DNA of 64,000 bases from Podarcis bocagei. Its lineage: Eukaryota. Shown one piece after another: positions 54,815 through 64,000 of this stretch (positions are counted from its first letter, which is position 1; the number at the start of each line of letters is the position of its first letter). Position numbers and translations under genes: made by a program. The notes beneath the pieces are model-generated. The model did no database searches. It was not told the origin of the DNA and was given only the letters and a program-made list of their open reading frames with translations. The DNA lies in assembly GCA_964188305.1 (NCBI GenBank), contig OZ076889.1; one strand, written 5' to 3'.

Positions 54815-55099
54815 AGCACGTACAAAAAAAGGGGGTGAGTGGGAGTGAAACTTTATTTAAGAATAACTCGATGGCTTCCTCTTCAGGAAAACCACTCCCC
54901 TCTCAGGAAGCGAGAGGAACCAAAAGAAATGTTCTCTTTTTTTTTAATTCCCTCCTTGCTTCGAGGATACTGAGGGTGGAAAGAAGCCACTTAGTCGAAA
55001 TATGCAAAAACAAAAGCGTGTGCGTGGAGGCAGAAGGAGAATTTTTGTTTTGTTTTGTGTTGGTTAAAAAGAAAAGTTTGAGGAAACTGAATGTCGCTC

Positions 55100-55900
55100 T
55101 CTCTCTAAAAAAAATATTAAAATATTAACAATCCTTCTGCTCTTCCCCCAAAGCGAGTGTGCGCCAGTGAAGGGGAACGTCTCCCTTCTCTCTGTCGCCT
55201 CAGGGCAAAGCCCAGCGCCGCCAGTCCAGCAGCACCGCTGCCCCCCTCGAAGCCCAGCGCTCACTGCTGCAAGCAGCAGCAGCAACAGCAGCAGCAGCTC
55301 CCGACCCGCTTCCCGCCGCGCACAAGCCCAGCGTCGGCCCCCGCGCGCTTTCTGGTGCTCGGCTATTCCCAACCCCACTCGGATTCATTTTAAAGAGGCT
55401 CTGAGGAGGCCCCAACCGCCGCCAACCGCCTCTATGCCGGGGATGAAGCTCCGCCTACCCGAAGGGGGGGAGAGAAGTGGGTGAGGGGCAGAGCGCGGGG
55501 GGGGGGAAGAACCCCGCCCCCACTTCGGTTAACCCTTTCATGCTTGCGCTGAAAGGGTATTTCACCTACGTAGTCTGGACGTGCGAAGAAACCGAAGCCG
55601 GGAGCCGGGGAGACTCTGCTTCCAACTTTACCTCCACCTCTCTTCTAAGAGTCCACACACATACTGAAAGTAGCAGAGGGTGGGGTGGGGTGGGCAGCGT
55701 AGCGATATGAGGGAGATAGCCTCCCGCTGGAGCAGCAAAAGATGGATAGGTGCCCCCCCGGCCGCCCAATCGCTCGCCTGCACCCTGTGAATGTAGACCC
55801 CGGTGCACAGAGGTAAATCGCCAGCATCAGAGACCATTCAGAGATAGGATCGACTCCCCCCGCCCCGTCTATATCCCCCTTTCCCTCCCTAACGGCACAC
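55100..55900. promoter_or_regulatory. CpG island / PIK3R3 proximal promoter and 5' leader
   Basis: Sharp rise in GC and CpG directly upstream of the ATG exon; GC box ccccgcccc near 55512, CCAAT near 55766, imperfect CAG/CTG run 55272-55298. Confidence 0.8.
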
Positions 55901-56575
55901 AGGAGACGATGCACAAGAAAGTATGTGCTTACTTGCTGACTGACATGGGTTAACGCACAGGAGAGTAAGCGGTATGTTACCGTTGACCACATACTTCCTA
56001 CATTTTTTGTTGGTATGGTCCATATTTGGATTTGCTTGCACTGGGACGATGAACGTTTGTGGATAATGCGGTTGTGTTGTGCGAAGGGACTATATATTTT
56101 AATGCGTGATGCGTGTGAAACTGACACCGTCTGACTTAATGTGTGCATGGTGTTTTACTGTGCTGATGTGCAGCCATATAATATGCTAAGTGTGTATGAA
56201 CATAACTGAAGCCATAATCAGCAGCCCATCAACTACAGAGCAGTTCCAGTGTCTCCAATGGGATTACTCCAAATTGGGTGGGATGTGGAGACTCCAGTCA
56301 TGTGTACATGATCTGGTTTATGGAGAGCAGTGAGTGGGCACATATACGATGGTTGAACTTGTGGGGATGTGAAATGGCCAGCTTGGATATAAGAGTCATA
56401 ACTGTTTTAGTATCTAATACATTCTAAAAACTTAATTTGAATGGAAGCATGCATTCTTGGTCCTGCACAGCAAATTCTTCCACATGTGCATGAATTGGGG
56501 TGGCTACTGGAAGCAAAGGGAGCAGAAATGTAGGGTGCTGCATGTACTGGGGGAGGGAACCCTGAAAATAGTCTG

Positions 56576-56576
<1 letters not shown>

Positions 56577-56635
<59 letters not shown>
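56577..56635. repeat. Compound (GT)n(GA)n microsatellite
   Basis: Direct reading. Confidence 0.95.
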
Positions 56636-56638
<3 letters not shown>

Positions 56639-58199
56639 TGTACCAAGCCCAGCTTATCTGTGCCTTCTACATAGCATTGGCTAGGCACATCTAATTCTGG
56701 TTGGTTGTGTACATTTGTTACATGCATAAGAAGCAATATGCTCCAGTCAGTCTATTAAACTCAGTGAAATTTCTATAGGTGAATATTACAACATCTGTGA
56801 CTGAGTGCATGGGAAGTGTTTAATCATATTGGCATGGTGCATATAATGTGGTGTGGCTAATTATGGGCAACTGCCTGAAAGTTTGTGACCATGCAATTCA
56901 ATTGTGGCCATGTTTATTTAGGAGTCACAGGGGCTTACTTCTCCAAGTATGAAGTCATAGGACTGCAGCCAGATTTATGTATGTGGCAGATTGTGGGTGA
57001 TGCGGTGTTTGTGCCTCGGTGTGATGTAATATTTGGAAGAGTGCTTAATCAATGTTATTTTATATGCATTTCATGATGGAGGAACTGTTATTGTAAAATT
57101 CATGTTGTGTAGTTTGTTGGCAGGACATGTGAGACAATGACTCCCGTAGAATTAGCTGCTCATCTAATACTTTTAACATGTATGTTTTAACCTGTCTAGT
57201 TAGGATCAGGTCTTACGTGTGAAGTCTGAAACAACCTGGGTCTGTTGCCCAACCTTGCCAAATACTGATTGTAAAATGCTAGGCTGCAGTACTGTTTCTG
57301 CTCCCACCTCTCTAACTACAGTATTCAAAATCTAACATGTTCATGTGTGATAGTTATTCACAGAAACTGGTGTTCACACAGTCCTTAACATTTTGAAGAA
57401 GTTATCCCATAATATTCAGGATAGTCTAGATAATCTGGTTCCAAATGTTTGTAATATACTATGCACATGTGGAATCAATGAATACTCTCAGAGAAAACTT
57501 GGTTTTAAGCAGCATCTACCTATGTGAATGGTAATTCACAATTATATTTGTGATTAAATATCCTAGCCATACAACATTGTTTGTTGTCCTTAGGGATATC
57601 ATATTGGAAAAAACTGTACACTACCATATCTGATGACTGCACACATTCCTTATTGCTGCATGTTCATGTTGTGTACATATATTGGGGAAGCTATAGCCAA
57701 TCATTCCCTGATTTCTCATCTGTGGAGAAGCCACTGCCTCGATCTAGCAACCATTGTTTTTAATTACAAACTGAGGTTTAATAAATAGACAAGACCATTA
57801 CATTCACTTTCCTAGTTAAAACATGCTTTGTGCTTGGAGCTACCCATGTTATCTTGATGAGTCAGCTTAAGTTTTGCACATGTGAAAATGGTGAAGTAAT
57901 TTTAGGATATTCTTCAATGTCTCTGTCTTCAAAGACAGAACTACCGTAACTGGTTTAGAGTTTTGGGAACAGGAGTTTGCGTATTTTGTTCAAAGGCTGA
58001 GCTTCTTTACGCTGCCACAAATGAAGGCAAGTTATTGAAGCAGGTGACAAAGTGACAAGACAAATAAATGGTCTAGGTATGTTTCTGAACTTTGTGGCAC
58101 GAGAGGTCCTGAGTGCTTTGATTAGGATAGCTGCAGAAGTGTTATTTGTTGCCAGTGTAAAATATAGGCATACAATTCTACCTTTCCTCTCCTTATTTA

Positions 58200-58900
58200 A
58201 GGCAAGAAGTCGCATATTACGTCTTTGGCTTGCTGCCAGTATACACGCCAGCTCGGCAGGCGGGTAGAAAGAGGCGGGGGTGGGGAGGAGAACGCGGATT
58301 AGTTAGCCCAGTTTGCGAGAGCCGCTTTGCTTGTCTTTTGTCTGAGAGGAAGCATCGAGCTTGAGGATTGGCTGAACGGCCCTCGGCAGAACTACCCAAT
58401 AGGAAGGAAAGAAATCCAGCCGGCCGGATGGCGATTGGCTGGGAGCCCCAGTTACTAAGCGGGACAAAGAAAAGAGGGTAAAGGGAGGGGGGAGCTGGAG
58501 TGGAGAATGAAAGAGCTTGCAGTGCCCACCTCCGTTCTTCCCCATCAGACTCCACCCCCCCCCCCGCTTCTTCCTTTCGCTAAATGGTGTTTTACTACTC
58601 ACATGAACAATAGACACAAGTGATGCATTACGAATGCCACCGATGAAATCTGGGCACCTCCTGGGTCGGCTGAAGATGTCTCAAGATCTAGCCGTCCCAT
58701 ACAGAATATTCGAAAATAATTGAGAGGCAACACGCAGCAGTAAGGAGAGCTATGGTTTCAAACGCACCGTGGATAAAACTGCACACAACGTCCGCTGCTC
58801 TGCTCCCTCACCCGCTTTGCTTCCTTGCTTTGGCGTTCAGCCCAGTAACCCCGGTGCCCTTTCCAGCTGTTTTGAGAGATGGAAGCGAGCTGGAACTTAA
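58200..58900. promoter_or_regulatory. Second CpG-rich promoter-like element (three CCAAT boxes, GC boxes)
   Basis: ATTGG 58367-58371, CCAAT 58396-58400, ATTGG 58434-58438; GGCGGG motifs near 58259-58280; locally CpG-rich. Confidence 0.6.
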
Positions 58901-59177
58901 CACTTCAACGTACAACTCAAAAGATTTCGAGTGACTTTACAAATAATAGTAATAATGAGTTAAGTTCTAGTCAGATACTCTTAAGGCACTTTATAACTAC
59001 ATGTTCCTATTTAATCACTCCTTTTGAATGAACGTCAGATCTAAAGAGATACCTGGCCACAGCTGAGAAATAGCGTCTGTCAATTGTACAGATAGTGAGG
59101 TAATTAGAGCAACCTTCAGAAACTGGGAAACAAATATTAAAAGGGAGCAGAGACTGTACTTTATGCTGCATCTAAAT

Positions 59178-59295
59178 CAGGAATAGCTAACCTTTGCCCT
59201 TGCAGATGCTTGACTACAACAACTCCCATTATACCTGACCATTGGCTACAGAGTTGGGGGGCAACATCTGGAGGGCCACAAGTTACCTGCCTCTG
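59178..59295. mobile_element. Palindromic hAT-type MITE
   Basis: caggaatagctaacct..cagatg..actacaacaactcccat.. / ..gagttg..aacatctggagggccacaagttacctgcctctg. Confidence 0.65.
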
Positions 59296-60679
59296 TCTTA
59301 AGTATCTATTATACAGGTCCAGATGATATGAACTGAGATTTACTCCAGTGACTGTCAGCATGATCCTAGTCATGCTCAGTCAGAAGTAAAGCTTACTGCA
59401 TTCTCTGGGATGGATGATTTCTTAGAAAGTCAAGAATTGCAGTCTCTCACACACACCTTTAAATTACATTGTTGTGCTTCCTCATAACCAGATGCTGAGT
59501 CTTTTTACACCAAAGTAAGTCCCCCTGAGTTCAATATAGCTTGATTCTGAGGAAGTAGGCTCAGGGCAATTTGCAGCTTATGCAGCACTACTGTACTTGT
59601 TGCAGCTGACCCAAAACCAGAGGTAATGTGATGCTGTAGTCAGGCTGCAAGCCAAGAAAACTAGAAACAGCACTTTGCAATCATTTTTCAACGAGATGTT
59701 TGAAACTACCTTTAGTCAGTGTAATAGATAGGCCTCAACAAAGTTCAGCTTTTGAGAGAAAAGGAGTATCTCTTTAAGTAAAGAAAGCAAGAGTCTTCTA
59801 GAAATTTTAAAACAATGGCAGGGTCACAGGAGCATGGCTTGGAAGGACACATTTACTTGAATGGTGATGGGTGGAATTAATTTGATGTCAAATGGTGATG
59901 TGGGGGAGCTCATAGATGCTTGAAGTTACACACAAATTTGACATCAGAATTGTTATATACCTATCTATTTCACGGAAAAAGACTATCTATTTCTGCCTGT
60001 AAAATGTCACTGATTCTCTTCACAACTTTCACAGTTTTGATGAATGTTCATGATGTAACCCTTCCTCCGTGAACTCAGCACACATTTTGAGACACAGAGC
60101 TTAATTAAACCACAGCTTCAAATGTAACATTGGAAGCAGGATTGAAAAAGACTGCTTTTCTTCTTTTAAAGGTGTTTTTCATTGCTCTGAAAACCAAGCA
60201 ACTGATAATTTCTCCATCCATAGCAACACATATTATACATTCAGATGATACAATATTTGTGCCAGTTAACCAATCCCCCTGCTGATGGGGGTTTTGGTGA
60301 ACACTAAAAATGAATAAAATGGTGTTGAATAATTAGAAGCCTACATTCACTTTACAGAAGTATGGCAATAGAGATTTTTAAGTTTACTGCTGCTGCTTGA
60401 ATAATCTCTGTAGGAAGTAATTGAAAGAAAGCTGCTGCTACAGTAACCAGATTCCTTGAGGGAGAGAGAGCGCTGTATAAAAGCGTAGCTTTCATTCAAG
60501 TAATTCACTCTAGATAAATTAATTTTATATCCATATTCACTCTCTGATTAATCTATGATAGGAATATATGCCCCCTTTCTTTTAACATTTTAAATAAAAA
60601 ATATTAGAAATTATTTCAGTATGTTTCTGTTCAATACCCTCTAACAGAAACAGTGAATCCCAGAAGAATATTATGAGAC

Positions 60680-60820
60680 ACTGGGGGGGGGGGGAGGTTT
60701 CCTCCAGATCTTGTTGACTCCAACTTCCATCCAGCCCCACTGCAAACATGACCAATGGTCAGGAATGATGGCCAGTGGAGTCCAGCAATTCCTGTTGGGT
60801 GACAGGTTCCCCACCCCGAT
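60680..60820. mobile_element. Palindromic hAT-type MITE
   Basis: cctccagatcttgttgactccaacttccatc.. / ..gatggccagtggagtccagcaa..acaggttccccaccc. Confidence 0.6.
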
Positions 60821-62170
60821 TTAATGCAATGACATTGACATTCAGTGTAAGTGTGTGTAGGAATCATGTGTCATCCTAACCATGTCTACTCAGAAATAGT
60901 TTTGAGAAGTACAAAAAAAAACCCATTTAAAAACAAAACTTAAGGGAGGGTGGCAAAAAAGCCCACAGACTGAGCATGCTCTATTGGCAAGTAATCTTGA
61001 CTAATAGAGTGTGGGAGGAGGATGGAATAGAGCATCTGGAATTCTGAAAAGGGGCACTCCACGCTACAAGATTTTGTTGCAGGTCCCACTTGTATGTATT
61101 AATTGCAACTAAATGCAGAGAGGTATACCCAAGTTTATTTTATTGTAATTAAACCCCCTCCATCAATTCCATTATATATAGATACTGTACAGAGATAGCT
61201 AGATAGCTAGGCCAGATAACTTTGCACAACCTTCAGATTAATAGAGGGTTTTCTCCATGTGTCCTACACACGGCCCAAACATGCCATATTCCCTCTTAGC
61301 CCAAGCAGTATTTCATGGGTCCCATGATCTTTGGTCCCATATAATAAAGGTGATGATATGATGACAATCTTAAAACACTAGAAAGTTTAGAAACCAACAC
61401 TCTGCCTGCTCTCCAGTGCAACAAAGGTTCACATTGTCAACTGCTATAAACTCTCTTTCATTTCCTTGCATTTGACAATTTGTACTTTGAGGCAGGATTA
61501 AATATTAAAGACCCGGGTGTTTTCATGTGTTTTGGAAAAAGCCAGAAGAGCTTCCAGCTGAATATGCTGAACACAGAAAAGCCATTTGAGCCAATCTGCT
61601 GGGTTTCTTTTGGGCAATGCTATGAAAACGTGATAACCAGCGACCTGATTTAGGCTCCAACATGCTTCTACAGCTATATAGGGAGAGAGTATGTGGTGAA
61701 TCGCTACTTCCATGGAGACTGCAATTCACCTAGCACTGGTGGAAAAATATCAAGACAGAGCCCATAGCAGAAGTACACATTTGATAGGAGAAGATATGGG
61801 TTGTGTAGCCTCTCTTGAGCACAAAAGAGAGCAAAAGTCCTTTCATTTCCAGATTGGGTTCCTTGGCATAAATGGCACAGCTTGCAGAACGTGGGTTGTA
61901 CCCTTTGCAACTTTGCAAAGGTGGAAGGTCGATCAAGCTTCATTCAACACTGCAACTCTGAATAGCCCTGAGTCCTATCCTGCTGAAACCCATTTAAAAC
62001 CTCAGAACTAGAATTGGGATAGCTGATCTCAGTGGGCAGCTCATTTAACCTCTTGGGGAGGTGGTGGGTAATGAAACATTATCTTTATATTGAATGCCGC
62101 TTTCTCCTTCCTCATTTGTGTCCATTTCCCGCTGAAGTGACATTTCCCACTGAATGGAGACTGGAGACTG

Positions 62171-62205
<35 letters not shown>

Positions 62206-62698
62206 AACAACAACAACATTTATACCCCACCCATCTGACCATTGTGGGCGGCTTCCAGAAAAATATAAAAAATAATAAAATGCCAGACATTAAAAATTTC
62301 TCTGAACAGCCTTCAGATGTTTTCTAAAAGTTGTTTAATTCTTGATCTCCCTGATATCTGATGGGAGGGTGTTCCACAGAGGGGGCGCCACTGCCAAGAA
62401 GGCACTATGCCTGGTTCCCTGTAACTTCACTTACAGGGTGAGTGAGGGAACCGCCAGAAGGCCCTTGGAAGTGGACCTCAGTGTGCTCAGAAATGTACTG
62501 GGAGCTAGTGAAAATCCTTTAGGATTGGTGTTATATGGTCTTGGTGGCCACTCCCAGCCACCAGTCATTTTGGATTAGTTGCGGCAGGCATTTTGGATTA
62601 GTTGTAGTTTCTGAGTCACCTTCAAAGGTAGCCCCATGTAGAGCGCACTGCAGTAATCCAAGCAGGAAATAATCAGAGCATGTACCACTCCGGTGAGA
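62171..62698 (-). mobile_element. L2-clade LINE 3' end (same family as 32769-33368) with internal deletion, abutting an (AAC)n microsatellite
   Basis: Reverse complement aligns by eye to the 32769-33368 copy (gagtggtacatgctctgattatttcctgcttggattactgcag..; accaggcatagtgccttcttggcagtggcg..); (AAC)n 62171-62218; internal repeat cattttggattagttg x2. Confidence 0.85.
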
Positions 62699-64000
62699 AA
62701 AATTGGAGAGAGATGTTAAAATTAATCTCCTTATGCAATTAATCAAAATTTGGTCAGCCTACATGTTTGCAGATATTATGCATTAGTATGAGTGTGTGAA
62801 TATGTATACATATATGCAATGTATTCACCATCTCTTTGATAGACATACACACACAGTCCAGTCATGATCTCCTCAACTTTCCCCCCTTCCTGTTCTCTGA
62901 AAAACTCCAGCACAATCTGCCTTACATTCACAGTGGTGCTGCAGTAAATATACACTAACTTTGACCCACCAAGGAGACAAACCATTTTACACGCCACAAA
63001 GGAAAGCAAAATTCCCTCAGGACCAGACCAAACTGATCTGATCTCAGATAAATTTCCTTCCTGTGTACAAATATGGCTATCAGACCCTGAATGTGAAAGT
63101 AAGCCTGGACTGTTAAGCATCCCCAGTGGAAATTTTCAAAGCAGTACAGCAACAATGGTCCAGATCTTCCAATACTGTATTAGATTTCTGTTTGCAGTGG
63201 TGGCACTGCAAAGGAACACTGGGAAGTATGGGGGAGAAGACGAAGCAGATTCTGTGGGAACAAGCTCTGTGTTGCATTTCTGAGCTGTTAAGGATATGTG
63301 GAAAAAGCTTTCTTTTTTATTCTCATTCAGCAACTGCAGTTCTAGCTGCAGTCCCCAACAGTGCCATCCATGGTCGTCTTCTCAGTGGTAGTGGTGAGGA
63401 GCACAAGCAAGTAATTTTTCTGAAGAAATAGCTGCCTGCCTTTGTCATGGCTTATCAACAGAATGGCAATAGCCAAGTTTTGGAGTGACTCTATTACTTC
63501 CTTTTTTCCTTTTGGCAGATTTAAATAAAGATGGCAGTCTTGCTTATTCACTCTGCTCCAAGCTTCAAATGAAATGTTACCATGCCCTGTTAGCCACCCA
63601 GCACAGAGAGAACTGTATTTACATAGTGAAGTACCCATATATTTTGTGACTGCAGATTGTATAATAAAATGAGAAACAGCCACACATGGTTCATAAAGGC
63701 AAATGAAATGGGAAAACAAACCCTTAGTCAAAACAGGTGCTAATAGTGCAAATCCTATACATGTCTACTTAGAAGTAACCCCTACTGAGTTCAATGGGAC
63801 ATATTCCTATCAAGTGAGTAGCCTAAATGATTTCAAGCCTGTTCACTTAATTTGATTTGTGGCCATCCTTGACATAGTTTCACTGGAATTTATCAGACTC
63901 CCAAATTGCCGCTGGCTGGTGTGTGGCAAAGTGATGGCAGTGGCAGAGTGTTCTTTTTCCAACGGTGAGTGCTGCCATCCCCTTTCCCAACAGAAAGGAA

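Noticed and set aside
54835-56148. Several ORFs with poly-Q/poly-L/poly-A/poly-S runs
   Set aside because: By-products of the CpG island and CAG run; mostly non-ATG starts and no recognisable protein
55900-64000. SH3/RhoGAP(BH) exons of a long p85-like PIK3R3 isoform, or exons of neighbouring genes such as TSPAN1
   Set aside because: No translated segment resembling these domains was seen; if such exons exist they lie outside the window or are too short to recognise

Overview
Eukaryotic (vertebrate) genomic DNA. The repeat content (Sauria SINE, Squam3-like tRNA SINEs, CR1, L2, hAT and Tc1/mariner MITEs, a Penelope remnant) points to a squamate, most likely a lacertid lizard. The window holds one complete protein-coding gene, PIK3R3 (PI3K regulatory subunit p55-gamma), on the minus strand. 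It has 10 coding exons with GT-AG boundaries, read by hand: 54709-54604, 29668-29557, 27057-26959, 24672-24492, 23800-23675, 19953-19811, 18156-17980, 16729-16658, 16092-15922, 13838-13640. These total 1386 nt = 461 aa + stop. The gene has a CpG-island promoter near 55.1-55.9 kb, a second CCAAT/GC-box promoter-like island at 58.2-58.9 kb, a 25-kb first intron and a probable 3' UTR of up to about 7.3 kb ending at a cluster of AATAAA signals near 6.4 kb. Nearly all other ORFs in the track are chance ORFs or transposon fragments. There is a 147-N assembly gap. I found no convincing new multi-gene system. The most interesting testable oddities are an in-frame strong-Kozak 3-codon uORF, a candidate alternative first coding exon about 7 kb upstream, a decayed Penelope hammerhead-ribozyme palindrome in intron 1, a hairpin-array MITE, a solo LTR and nested TE insertions.
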